From: a virus
IMG/VR virus record: IMGVR_UViG_3300027759_000051
DNA: 64,000 bases
Reading direction: 5' to 3' (one strand)
Below are positions 19,918-29,450 of this stretch, in pieces (the stretch's first letter is position 1; every line of letters begins with the position of its first letter). Below the pieces are notes generated by a model that was given only the letters and a program-made list of their open reading frames with translations, made no database searches and had not been told where the DNA came from. A program made the position numbers and the translations under genes.

Positions 19918-21840
19918 ATGAAAATTCTTGAACAATCATTTGTAGATTCGTATTCCCAAAAAGTAGCCCCATGGGGTTTTAGTGGCTTGGGTGAAATCGT
20001 TTTCTTGCGTACGTACAGTCGCAAAAAAGACAACGGTGACACTGAAACATGGCCCGAAACAATTCAGCGTGTTATTGATGGCGCTTACGCTATTGGTGTT
20101 CCGTACACCAAGAAAGAAGCGGAAAAATTGTTTGACCACGTATTTAATCTTCGCTGTTCTTTTAGCGGAAGAGCGCTATGGCAACTCGGCACGCCAATGG
20201 TTGAAAAGTTTGGCGGAGCATCTCTCAATAACTGCTACTTCACCAACATTGAAAAAGTTGAAGACTTTGAGTTCCTGTTTGAGTACTTAATGCTTGGTGG
20301 TGGAGTTGGATTTTCTGTTGAGCGCTCAAAGATCCATGATCTGCCAAAGGTAAGGGGATCTGTTGTTATCTCGCATGAGCGCAGCAATGACGCAGACATA
20401 ATCGTCCCAGACAGTCGTGGCGGTTGGAAGCGTCTTCTTCATAGCGTTCTCAAGTCCTACTTTGAGACTGGCAAGTCGTTTACCTACTCAACAATTCTCG
20501 TCAGAGAATACGGTGCTCCGCTTAAGGGATTTGGTGGGACAGCATCGGGGCCAGGGGCACTAATTGACGGAATTGCCGATATCTGCAAAGTGCTAGATGG
20601 AAGAGTTGGAAAGAAACTCCGCTCTATTGATGTGCTCGATATTTGTAATATCATTGGACGAATTGTTGTTTCTGGTTCATCTCGTAGGTCTGCTCAGATC
20701 TCAATGGGAGATCCTGACGACGTGCTGTTTCTGCGTGCAAAAAACTGGTCATCTGGATCAGTGCCTGCTTGGCGTGCTAACAGCAATAACTCAATATATG
20801 CAGATGGGTACGAAGAACTCCCAGCAGAGCTCTGGAAGGGATATGACGGCTCTGGAGAGCCTTATGGACTCATCAACCGCAAGCTTGCACGCAATGTTGG
20901 TCGTTTAGGAGAGAAGCGATCAGATCCGAGCATTGAGGGATTTAACCCATGTGCAGAAATTGGTCTTGCAGATGGCGAATCGTGCAACTTGGCAACAATA
21001 TTCCTGCCAAATATTGACACAATTGAGCAGTTCAAAGAAGTCTCACGCCTCTTGTACATGACCCAGAAGCAAATAACCCGCCTTGCGTACCCATATGAGA
21101 AAACAACCAATATTGTTCGCCAAAATGCTCGCCTAGGGCAGAGCATTACGGGCATATTGCAGTCCTCAAGCAAGCAACTCTCATGGTTGTCACCTGTTTA
21201 CTCGTATCTTCGTGAAATTGATAAAGAGTATTCAGCGAAAAATGGATTCCCAGAGTCAATTCGCATGACTACAGTGCAGCCTTCGGGAACATTATCCCTT
21301 CTCCCTGGAGTAACGCCCGGCGTTCACCCAGCATACGCTTCGCACTACATTCGGCGTGTTCGGTTTGGCTCAAATGACCCATTGGTTGACGCATGTCGTA
21401 AGCGTGGATACAAAGTTGTTTGGGATATAGGCATTGATGGACGCGAAGATCACACACGTTATGTTGTTGAGTTCCCATGCCAGTCACCTGAAGGTTCAAT
21501 TCTTGCCAAGGACATGACTGCCGTTGAGCAACTTGAGTGGGTAAAGAAAATGCAAACAGAATGGGCCGACAATGCCGTCTCTGTGACTGTGTATTACCGC
21601 AAGGAAGAACTTCCATTAATCAAGGAATGGCTAGAGAAGAATTACGACAAGAGCGTAAAGTCTGTTTCATTCCTGCTCCATTCTGACCACAACTTCTCGC
21701 TACCTCCATACGAGGAAATCACAAAAGAAGTGTATGAAAAACTCTCCAGCAAGGTGGATATGAGCATCCCATTGGTGCGGAGTTCTTTTGGAATGGTTGA
21801 CTTTGGGGATTGCGAAGGCGGAGCCTGTCCAGTACGTTAG
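19918..21840 (+). CDS. nrdJ: class II (B12-dependent) ribonucleotide reductase
   Basis: LNNC, RRSAQI, NPCAEI, CNLA, VQPSGT, C-terminal CEGGACP; no nrdB nearby. Confidence 0.9.
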   Translation: MKILEQSFVDSYSQKVAPWGFSGLGEIVFLRTYSRKKDNGDTETWPETIQRVIDGAYAIGVPYTKKEAEKLFDHVFNLRCSFSGRALWQLGTPMVEKFGGASLNNCYFTNIEKVEDFEFLFEYLMLGGGVGFSVERSKIHDLPKVRGSVVISHERSNDADIIVPDSRGGWKRLLHSVLKSYFETGKSFTYSTILVREYGAPLKGFGGTASGPGALIDGIADICKVLDGRVGKKLRSIDVLDICNIIGRIVVSGSSRRSAQISMGDPDDVLFLRAKNWSSGSVPAWRANSNNSIYADGYEELPAELWKGYDGSGEPYGLINRKLARNVGRLGEKRSDPSIEGFNPCAEIGLADGESCNLATIFLPNIDTIEQFKEVSRLLYMTQKQITRLAYPYEKTTNIVRQNARLGQSITGILQSSSKQLSWLSPVYSYLREIDKEYSAKNGFPESIRMTTVQPSGTLSLLPGVTPGVHPAYASHYIRRVRFGSNDPLVDACRKRGYKVVWDIGIDGREDHTRYVVEFPCQSPEGSILAKDMTAVEQLEWVKKMQTEWADNAVSVTVYYRKEELPLIKEWLEKNYDKSVKSVSFLLHSDHNFSLPPYEEITKEVYEKLSSKVDMSIPLVRSSFGMVDFGDCEGGACPVR

Positions 21841-21849
21841 TAATGGTTA

Positions 21850-21922
21850 GCTCCCATGGCTCAGCGGATAGAGCAACAGTTTCCTAAACTGTAGGTCGCA
21901 TGTTCAAATCATGCTGGGAGCG
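21850..21922 (+). tRNA. tRNA-Arg(CCU)
   Basis: GCTCCCA/TGGGAGC acceptor, ACAGT-TTCCTAA-ACTGT anticodon arm, TTCAAAT T loop. Confidence 0.9.
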
Positions 21923-21926
21923 CAAT

Positions 21927-22394
21927 ATGGAAAACGCACACCCACACGAAGTTAAATGGTTGAAAGCGTGTTCTACGCTGGCAGAAATATTTTCAACTTG
22001 TTCAAAAAGGCAATACGCAGCAGTTATTCTGGCGCCAAATAAACGAGTGGCTGGATTTGGATATAACGGCTCACCTCCCGGAATGGCTCACTGTTCTGAC
22101 GGCGCATGCCCAAGGCTCCAAGCAGATTCGGACTCTGGCAGCAATTACGATACCTGCATATCTCAGCACGCTGAAGCAGGGGCGCTACTTTGGTCTGATC
22201 CATCAATGCGTATTGGCGGAACCATAATAGTAAATGGCCCACCATGTATGGGGTGTGCGAAACTTATTGCAAGTTCTGGATTATCTAGGGTTGTGCACAG
22301 AGAAGACACAAGTTACTCTCAATGGCCCGACATTGGTAAATATCTAAATAGTGCAGGTATCGTAACGGTAGGCGTTAATTTAACTCAAGAGTAA
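21927..22394 (+). CDS. dCMP deaminase family protein
   Basis: GYNG, HAE and PCMGC zinc motifs; start MENAHP downstream of the tRNA. Confidence 0.9.
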   Translation: MENAHPHEVKWLKACSTLAEIFSTCSKRQYAAVILAPNKRVAGFGYNGSPPGMAHCSDGACPRLQADSDSGSNYDTCISQHAEAGALLWSDPSMRIGGTIIVNGPPCMGCAKLIASSGLSRVVHREDTSYSQWPDIGKYLNSAGIVTVGVNLTQE

Positions 22395-22403
22395 AAGGGC
22401 ATA

Positions 22404-22946
22404 ATGGCTGAAAAATATAGTGCTTACTATTTTAACGATAAAGAAAAGGGAACTGCGTTCTTTACCGCTCAACTCGAACAGGGTCATAAATGGACAAATC
22501 ACATTGCGGGAATATTCCAAGAAAATAACATTGAATGCTACGTTGATAAGATGCATGTCGCCAAGACTGTTGACGAAAGAAAAAAGTTCCACAATGAAAA
22601 AGATATTGTTTTTACAAAAATGCCCGGCTGCATAGAGACCAAATCCCAAAGCAGGCACTTTACCGAAGACCCAAAGAGTTTCCCATTTAAAAAAACAATA
22701 GTTGACACGGAACTTGGGTGGTCTAGAAAGAACCCCAAGCCGTTAGCGGTAGTTCTTGTATCAATACAGACTGGAAATTCATTAGTCATACCAAGAAGCA
22801 CTGAAGGCTCGTGGTGGACAGAGAAAATCTACGACAATTTCAGGAAAATAAACGACACGTTTTTGTGTGCTGACATAAAAGTGCTTAGACCACTTGACGA
22901 GTTAATTGAGTTTTTGCAAAAAAGGCAACACAAATACTGCAAGTAG
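22404..22946 (+). CDS. PD-(D/E)xK-like hypothetical nuclease
   Basis: KDIV..CIETKSQ pattern. Confidence 0.45.
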   Translation: MAEKYSAYYFNDKEKGTAFFTAQLEQGHKWTNHIAGIFQENNIECYVDKMHVAKTVDERKKFHNEKDIVFTKMPGCIETKSQSRHFTEDPKSFPFKKTIVDTELGWSRKNPKPLAVVLVSIQTGNSLVIPRSTEGSWWTEKIYDNFRKINDTFLCADIKVLRPLDELIEFLQKRQHKYCK

Positions 22947-22963
22947 TTAGGTAAGATAGGTAC

Positions 22964-23179
22964 ATGAAGCACATAATACACGTACATCAGCAGAACATAA
23001 AAAAGGGAATATCTGCGATTATTGATAGAACATATAAGGGGTCTAAACATCAAAGGAAACTTAGTATTGTTTGCCCCAACTGCAACAGTATTGCCGCAAC
23101 AGTAGTTCAGTCAGATGAGCCAGACAGATGTGGCGCTAGAGTATGGATAGAAGCAGAAAAGACTGGAATAGCGGAATGA
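22964..23179 (+). CDS. hypothetical protein
   Basis: IIHVHQQNI..CGARVWIE, a familiar small phage protein pattern. Confidence 0.65.
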   Translation: MKHIIHVHQQNIKKGISAIIDRTYKGSKHQRKLSIVCPNCNSIAATVVQSDEPDRCGARVWIEAEKTGIAE

Positions 23180-23277
23180 GATACTACATTTGATGGTCAA
23201 TAGGAATTTTAAATCTTGCAGTAACTATCTATCTGCATAAGCTAAACAAAAAAAGATAGTTTCATAAAGAACAAAAT

Positions 23278-23350
23278 GCCCTCGTAGCTCAGGGGATAGA
23301 GCAACGGACTTCTAATCCGCAGGTCGTACGTTCAAATCGTACCGAGGGCG
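23278..23350 (+). tRNA. tRNA-Arg(UCU)
   Basis: GCCCTCG/CGAGGGC acceptor, CGGA-CTTCTAA-TCCG anticodon arm. Confidence 0.9.
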
Positions 23351-23626
23351 CAATTAATGTAAATGGAGAGTTCCAGCATGGCACCATACAGTTATGGAAG
23401 ATTAATAATACTTAGATGCTGTAGAGACTGGCCGTGTCACGAAGCGTACGCTTACGGCAGAGGTGGAAGATGTGCTATTTGCAGGAACTTTCCGGTAGTC
23501 ATTGAAGAAGACTACGTTACTCCCACATCTCCTTGTGTAGATTAATCAATTCTCTAGACCCAGATGATCTTACGTAAAAAGCGATGACTGCTAGTAATGG
23601 GAGAATGATGAACAATATTGCTTTTT

Positions 23627-23812
23627 TCATTTCTTTTCCAGGTTCATCATTTCAGCAGTAACAGCACCATCGTGCCAATGGTTTATTGAGTGCTCAATAC
23701 TGTCAAATTGATTCTTGGTTTTTATATCTGGCGGGAATTTATTTATTTTCTCTGGGTCATAAATATATTCTTCTGGATTCTCGTTATCTAAAAACATATT
23801 TTTTTCATTCAT
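23627..23812 (-). CDS. hypothetical protein
   Basis: 61-aa ORF at the end of the minus-strand operon. Confidence 0.45.
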   Translation of the reverse strand: MNEKNMFLDNENPEEYIYDPEKINKFPPDIKTKNQFDSIEHSINHWHDGAVTAEMMNLEKK

Positions 23813-23817
23813 TTTAT

Positions 23818-24438
23818 TTAAGTATCCTTATTTTTTTTACTTACCCATTCAAAAAAATTAAATAATTGTATTTCATTTAGATCCGCAATAGATTTTTCGT
23901 ATTCACCAGAGTCCATTTTCCCAGAACGGTAACCGCCGCCGCGTTTTTTATATTCTCTAACTAGCCATGCGTTTGCGTAAGCGGATGGGTAAACATCAAA
24001 TTTTGCTTTAGCTTCTGCTTTTACTCGAGCGTACAGTTCTGGGTTTGTTGGAATTGCTGCTTTTTCTTCTACTGGCGTAAATCTTGCATCTTTTTTTTCC
24101 GTTGACACGTTAATTGGTTTTTTGTCTTTTCTAACCTGTGTTGACTCTGCTCGTCTTTTTCTTGAAACTGCAGACCTTATTTCATCTGCTGACATTGTTC
24201 TTGCTTTTGACAGAGGAACGCATTTTGGATACTTTCCACTCCCTGCTTCGTCTCTTCCGCATGGCTCAAAACCACCACCTGGTTTTGGTCGTGATATATC
24301 AACCCATTTTTCTTTAAACCATTGCTTTAGAGATTTTTCCTCATAAGAGAAATCAAGATCTTCATGAGATTCTTTTTTTTCTTCAAAACGAAAACCTAAA
24401 ATTTTTCCTTCGTAGTTTCCCCACGTGACTTCATTCAT
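23818..24438 (-). CDS. two-domain basic phage protein (DUF5872-like C-terminus)
   Basis: LKQWFKEKWVD..YPKCVP and NPELYARVK..YPSAYANAWLVREYKKRGG. Confidence 0.7.
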   Translation of the reverse strand: MNEVTWGNYEGKILGFRFEEKKESHEDLDFSYEEKSLKQWFKEKWVDISRPKPGGGFEPCGRDEAGSGKYPKCVPLSKARTMSADEIRSAVSRKRRAESTQVRKDKKPINVSTEKKDARFTPVEEKAAIPTNPELYARVKAEAKAKFDVYPSAYANAWLVREYKKRGGGYRSGKMDSGEYEKSIADLNEIQLFNFFEWVSKKNKDT

Positions 24439-24839
24439 TTTGTCTTAAATTCTTTCCACGTTTTGTCACCGATTCCAAAGTATTCTCTAGCATAGCCAGA
24501 CTCAATAATGTCTTTATTGAGGCATGCCGTATCTGGCAATTCTATATTGTCGGATGAGTAGATACGAGCAAGCACGCGACCGTACTTATCGTTTTTATCT
24601 GGAATTGTGTTTACGTAAACCCATTTGTGGTTTGTCATCCAGTCCTCAGTGAAACTTTTTGCTTTTAAGCCAAGTTCCTTCTCCGCAAGATCTTTTGTGC
24701 GTGACTCTGGAGTATTCACTCCATAGAGCCTAACTCTTATCTTGTGATGTATGTTAAATCCAAGATCAATCATCAGATCCAAGGTATCGCCATCAATTAC
24801 TTTTAGTACAGTTGCTCCGTACCAAAATCTTTCACTCAT
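24435..24839 (-). CDS. SNase/thermonuclease-like protein
   Basis: VIDGDT, RVRLYGVNTPE, DKYGRVLA. Confidence 0.85.
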   Translation of the reverse strand: MSERFWYGATVLKVIDGDTLDLMIDLGFNIHHKIRVRLYGVNTPESRTKDLAEKELGLKAKSFTEDWMTNHKWVYVNTIPDKNDKYGRVLARIYSSDNIELPDTACLNKDIIESGYAREYFGIGDKTWKEFKTK

Positions 24840-25732
24840 TATTTTCTACCAGTATTTTTTGTTTTTTCATATCTAGCAAGGAGAGATCTTCCTTTTTCTG
24901 CAAGCTTTGCAGCTGATTCCATATTTTGTGGAATTGGCTCTCCCCAAGCAGCTGCGGACAGTGCGAGTCTTGTCGGTTGCCCTTTTTCGTCTTTCATTGG
25001 GCCAGATGGATTTGTGAAGAATCTTGTCAAGAAAGAACCTTTACGCCTCATTTTTTCTGGAGTGTCTGCTGGACCCTTTACACCAGGCTTAAGGTTTGCG
25101 CCTTGAGTTCTTTTGAAGTATTTCCTGCCAGCAGCGGTAAGTCCACCCTTTGGATTCTTTAATCTTTGCTTTGCTGCTTTGGCATCTATTATTGCATTCT
25201 TATCGTTAATTGCTTTTGATGATAAAAAATAATATTCATTATGTTTTGGCAAGTATTCTTTATCTAGCGACTTTACTTCAGTTTTGCGATCTTCGGTTAT
25301 CGGTCCACCAACAACCCACGCATCGCAGGTTCTTGATGCAGCGCATTTAAAATCAAATGCTTCGCAGTATCCGAGTTCTGCCTTGTCAATAGCATCCCAT
25401 GCATTACTTTTGCTACTATCTCCAGATTCAAGCCCCTTCTCAATGCATTCAAGAATACTTGGTGTGCGTATAAACATTACACAGTTTCCACAAAGTGACT
25501 TTTTTGCCTCATCTTCGCTGACGTCCCAGCGATCCATCTTTTCTTTCCAGAAGTCCTTATTCTCTTCTTCTGGATTCAATGGACCGTACTTTGCGGTCTT
25601 GATTGACTTTTCCCTATTCTGGAGGTTTACGCCAATGTCCTTGGTGGCGATTGGGCATTTTTCATCGGCTTTTACCAGTATGTCTTCAATTCTTTTCAGT
25701 TCTTCATACAGGTTTTCTATTTGATTTTCCAT
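24839..25732 (-). CDS. Cys-rich domain plus DUF6321-like basic domain
   Basis: CGNC..C..FKCAASRTCDAW; KNPKGGLTAAGRK..RRKGSFLTRF. Confidence 0.65.
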   Translation of the reverse strand: MENQIENLYEELKRIEDILVKADEKCPIATKDIGVNLQNREKSIKTAKYGPLNPEEENKDFWKEKMDRWDVSEDEAKKSLCGNCVMFIRTPSILECIEKGLESGDSSKSNAWDAIDKAELGYCEAFDFKCAASRTCDAWVVGGPITEDRKTEVKSLDKEYLPKHNEYYFLSSKAINDKNAIIDAKAAKQRLKNPKGGLTAAGRKYFKRTQGANLKPGVKGPADTPEKMRRKGSFLTRFFTNPSGPMKDEKGQPTRLALSAAAWGEPIPQNMESAAKLAEKGRSLLARYEKTKNTGRK

Positions 25733-25784
25733 AGGTTTATTCTCTCATAGTTATTTGGTATGGATAAGAAGTATCCAATATACG

Positions 25785-25823
25785 AAAAAAGCCCTACACC
25801 GCAATTTACGATGTAGGGCTTTA
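25785..25823 (-). terminator. intrinsic terminator
   Basis: aaagccctaca/tgtagggcttt stem with A run on the plus strand. Confidence 0.7.
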
Positions 25824-25836
25824 TTTCAACTACCTA

Positions 25837-26214
25837 TCAGTAGTAGCCTCTTGCCGTTGGCAAAACGCTAATAGCAATAGTGAAACCAGTTGATGCTACA
25901 GATGAACCAATCTGGTCACAGTCAACAGTAATAACGTCGCCAAGTGCGAGTGTTGTTACGTTTGGCAAAGCTACGGAAGCCGATACTGCTCCAGCAACAA
26001 TTGTTGGGCGGTTAGCCTGGGTTGTGAACAGAGTTGTGCCATTGTTGTTGACATCAAAAATCAGCGAAGCACCAGTTGGTGCAATATCAGTTGCAACTGT
26101 TACTGCCCTGATTTTACATGCAAATGGAACTCTGAAACGCAATTTATTCGCAGCAACGCTGTTTGCAGCATCTCTGCTGAGCGTAAATGTTGATACGGGG
26201 ACCTTTCCAAACAT
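25837..26214 (-). CDS. putative capsid decoration protein
   Basis: Beta-rich Ala/Thr/Val protein directly after the major capsid gene, AAAGGAG RBS before MFGKVP. Confidence 0.55.
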   Translation of the reverse strand: MFGKVPVSTFTLSRDAANSVAANKLRFRVPFACKIRAVTVATDIAPTGASLIFDVNNNGTTLFTTQANRPTIVAGAVSASVALPNVTTLALGDVITVDCDQIGSSVASTGFTIAISVLPTARGYY

Positions 26215-26283
26215 AATTTCTCCTTTGAACGAAGTTTGGCTTATACGGACAATATAGATTATACCATTAGTTGTTTTTATAAA

Positions 26284-26330
26284 AAGCAAAAACCCCACTC
26301 ATCCCCTATAGGACAAGTGGGGTTTTGCTT
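26284..26330 (-). terminator. terminator downstream of major capsid gene
   Basis: aagcaaaaaccccact/agtggggttttgctt stem. Confidence 0.7.
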
Positions 26331-26338
26331 ACAGGTTA

Positions 26339-27676
26339 TTAGGCTGGTTCGTTGTCAAATGTTACTTCAACGAATGCCTCTGGACGCTTGACAGCAAGCG
26401 CAAGTCTCTGCTCTGCAAGGATGACGATTGCGTTGCGGACGAAGAAGTCCGAATGCTGTTCGCTGATGCGGATTGAAGCCTGCTCACGGTCGTACAGCTG
26501 AGCGCCAGTGCCGAATGCACCAACGAGAGCTGTTCCTGCTGCGATTGCTGGAGTGTCAACGATTGGCATACGCCATACCTTTGGCTCGCCACCCATTGCA
26601 ACCGAAACTGCGATGAGGTACTGGCCGTTGGCATCCTTGGTCAACTCGATGTCTTCCCAATCGTTCGGGTGAAGAACGATACCGGTTGGCTCGTAGTAAG
26701 CGAGGAATGACAAGGTAGCGGCACGGCGAAGTGCGTCAGCCTTTGTGTCAGGAACTGGCGTTGACAAGCCCGAAGACCAGCTGTACGTCTGAATTCCTGA
26801 AGTCTGAAGAACGCCGAGCAAGTTTTCGCCTACTCCGTCACCGTTGAGGATTTGTGAATCCTCAAGAAGGCGAAGACCGTACATCAACTCGTTGTCAATG
26901 ATTGAACGAAGTTGTGGTTCGTCAGCAAGCACGTTGCGGTGTGCAGCTTCCCAGTGTGCGAGTGTACGCACTGGAGCCTGCTCACCAACAAAAGCGAACG
27001 ATGACTGTGGTTTTGCACCAAATGCGGCGTTTCCAGCGGCTCGTTCTGCTACTGAAGAAGCGCTGTTGACGCCATGACCAGCATCCAAGGTTGTGAAACC
27101 AAGTTGACGGAAGTATTCAATAACTGCTGCAGTTGTGGTACGGGTTGGGAACAAGTCACGAACGCGCTTTGTGCGGGTTGGTGGCGTAACGATTGGGTCA
27201 CGCTGAATTGTTCCGAATGAACCTGGTGTGCCAGATGGGATTGCTGAGTAAACATCTTTAACATTGTACGAAGACAACGAAACATTTGCTTGCCAAGGGG
27301 CAGGCATGTTTGCGCCGTTACGTCCACCGTTAAGTGCTTTGAACTCTGCTGACTCAAGGAACATTGCGCCAATTGACTTGATTTCACGTGAAGAGAGTTG
27401 AGCAACTTCATTTGCAGTTGCTGCATATGTTGATCCTACTGATGCCTGTGGATCTCTTGCCCATGAGTCAACCTGGTCCATGGTCTCGAGACCAGAGATG
27501 AGGCTCTTGATTTCCTTGATATCTGACATGTTCTTGTCAAAAGCTGTTTTTTGTTCAGTAGAAACAACTACTGTTCCGTCTTCTATTTTGAAAGAATCTG
27601 CAATGGCTTTGTTGTCTGCCATTTTTACTCTAAGAGCTGATTGGAGCTCTTGTACTCTTGCTTTGTCCTGCGACAT
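26339..27676 (-). CDS. HK97-family major capsid protein
   Basis: Coiled-coil delta domain, GAKPQSS, EDSQILNGDG, FVRNAIVILAEQRLALAVKRPEAFV. Confidence 0.95.
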   Translation of the reverse strand: MSQDKARVQELQSALRVKMADNKAIADSFKIEDGTVVVSTEQKTAFDKNMSDIKEIKSLISGLETMDQVDSWARDPQASVGSTYAATANEVAQLSSREIKSIGAMFLESAEFKALNGGRNGANMPAPWQANVSLSSYNVKDVYSAIPSGTPGSFGTIQRDPIVTPPTRTKRVRDLFPTRTTTAAVIEYFRQLGFTTLDAGHGVNSASSVAERAAGNAAFGAKPQSSFAFVGEQAPVRTLAHWEAAHRNVLADEPQLRSIIDNELMYGLRLLEDSQILNGDGVGENLLGVLQTSGIQTYSWSSGLSTPVPDTKADALRRAATLSFLAYYEPTGIVLHPNDWEDIELTKDANGQYLIAVSVAMGGEPKVWRMPIVDTPAIAAGTALVGAFGTGAQLYDREQASIRISEQHSDFFVRNAIVILAEQRLALAVKRPEAFVEVTFDNEPA

Positions 27677-27827
27677 AATTTTCTCCTGTTTAGAATTTGA
27701 AGGGTTGGGGGTTTATGTTTTTTTAGTGCGGCTTAGGTAAGCACCCAGCCCTGCTTATACAAAAGTAACAGAGATTAATGATATTTAGTGGAACTACTTA
27801 TGTTTTACAACTATTGTGTGTAAATAG

Positions 27828-28871
27828 TTATTCTAAACCATAAATTTCTTCAAAAATTGAAACCTTGCGTTTCAGCTTTCTATTCTCATCTCTGACTACT
27901 GTTCTAATAGCGTTTTCAAAGTTGCGCCTTTGCCCTCGTCTACCAAGGGAGGTAGTTCCAGCGAGCCTTGAGTAGTCAGACATGTTTGTACATGGCATCC
28001 AAACGGCTCTTCCGGTCTTTGAAATTCTCCTACTTATCCCGATACATCCAAGTTGCCTTGATCTAAATTTTGCAGATTCTGGATCAATGAAAACATCTGG
28101 GTCGTTGTCCCTTACGTATTCAGGACCAGTTGTTTTTACAGCCTTGGTTTCCATTCCCTCGTCATAGTCGGATTTGCCTCTTTGGTATGGTTTGCCGTCT
28201 TCATCAACGAGGTCGTACTTGTCTGCTGGGTAGTTTTTTGGGTCAGGACCGTTGGGCATCAAGGAACGTGAGTTTCTTCTACCGCCACTATAAATGGTTT
28301 GTTTCTTTTTCTTTGGTTGCGGCAAAGTCTGGCCGCTTGTTTTTGGGGCGACGATGGCTGGTGTTCGTTTTGCTGCGTTTGGTTTCTTTATTGGAGCTGA
28401 ACGTTCATCATCTGTTCCATCATTGATTTTCCCATCTCCGTCTTTGTCAATACCACCTGAACCACCAGATGATGAGGCTCCGCCCATTCTTTCCCCGATA
28501 GATGCACCAAGGGCGGACTTGCTCCCAGGAGTATGCAAAGTTTTTCCAGAGGTTATTCCTAGGCCTGGAGTGGCATTTATTGATATAACGCCACGCCCCT
28601 TAAGTTTTTCCCATTCATTATCTTTATCTTTTTCAAGATCCCCGAAATCTTCAATAGATCTTCTTTTTTGCTTACCCGTTATGAATCTTGTTTTTTTAAA
28701 CTTCTTAGCGTCTCTTAAAGATTTTTTACCGGGTTCAGCTGCATTTGATATTTTCTCAAGTTCCTCCATGCTTGAGCACGGCATCCAGTTTCCTTCACTA
28801 TCCTCATGAGCGCCACTGCAGCCAATGTTCTTTGCCATTTTAAGCGCATCAATTTTTTTAACAATGCTCAT
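27828..28871 (-). CDS. head-cluster protein with two GCxG..WMPC repeats and DxDGDG motif
   Basis: IGCSGAH..WMPC and LGCIGIS..WMPC; DKDGDGKINDGT. Confidence 0.75.
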   Translation of the reverse strand: MSIVKKIDALKMAKNIGCSGAHEDSEGNWMPCSSMEELEKISNAAEPGKKSLRDAKKFKKTRFITGKQKRRSIEDFGDLEKDKDNEWEKLKGRGVISINATPGLGITSGKTLHTPGSKSALGASIGERMGGASSSGGSGGIDKDGDGKINDGTDDERSAPIKKPNAAKRTPAIVAPKTSGQTLPQPKKKKQTIYSGGRRNSRSLMPNGPDPKNYPADKYDLVDEDGKPYQRGKSDYDEGMETKAVKTTGPEYVRDNDPDVFIDPESAKFRSRQLGCIGISRRISKTGRAVWMPCTNMSDYSRLAGTTSLGRRGQRRNFENAIRTVVRDENRKLKRKVSIFEEIYGLE

Positions 28872-29449
28872 TACGCCCTAAACTTTCTGGACTTGTCATC
28901 CATGGATATCTCTATTTTCTTACGCATTGAATAAGCATTTTTTGAATAATTTGCTTCAAGCGATTTAACCCTACGGGATATCCTTCTTACTGCTGCCCTG
29001 TTTGCTACTTCGTTCTGCGTACTTGATTTTTTAATTCTTTTTAAAAACATCTTTGCTTTAAAGTCAATAATTGAATTTTTTGTTTTTCTATCAAAATTTC
29101 TAATATTTGCAAAAGATGAAACTACTGATTTTTTACCAGTTTTGCTTCTCTTCGTAAAGACATGCTTAGCATCCAAAAGATTGGAGAATAGTAAAACTTC
29201 TTTTTTTTCAAATTCGTTACAGCACTGATTTGTTAATTTGCTTATTATTTTTTCCGTCTTTGTCGTTACTTGCTTAAACCCCGACGAAGTCATGCCGTCC
29301 GGCACTGAATAATTGTCATCAAACTGCGAGTTTGCCCAAGATTTTGCTTGATTGTTAAAAGGAAATATATTTATTTCATTGTTTTCTTTTACTACTAATG
29401 CAAAAACTGAATTCCTGACTGGATCTTTTATTAAAGAAAACTCAGACAT
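28871..29449 (-). CDS. basic hypothetical protein
   Basis: 192-aa ORF coupled in the operon. Confidence 0.7.
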   Translation of the reverse strand: MSEFSLIKDPVRNSVFALVVKENNEINIFPFNNQAKSWANSQFDDNYSVPDGMTSSGFKQVTTKTEKIISKLTNQCCNEFEKKEVLLFSNLLDAKHVFTKRSKTGKKSVVSSFANIRNFDRKTKNSIIDFKAKMFLKRIKKSSTQNEVANRAAVRRISRRVKSLEANYSKNAYSMRKKIEISMDDKSRKFRA

Positions 29450-29450
29450 A

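Noticed and set aside
19918-21840. Intein or intron in RNR (also checked terminase and primase)
   Set aside because: Lengths are normal, ORFs are uninterrupted and no splicing motifs are visible.
21900-21926. Track start of the dCMP deaminase at 21900
   Set aside because: Overlaps tRNA-Arg(CCU); 21927 is the plausible start.
26339-27676. GLSSG linker at the capsid delta-domain junction
   Set aside because: Only SLSSY and WSSGL are present, so there is no direct evidence that the prohead protease itself recognises GLSSG; the cutting enzyme remains open.
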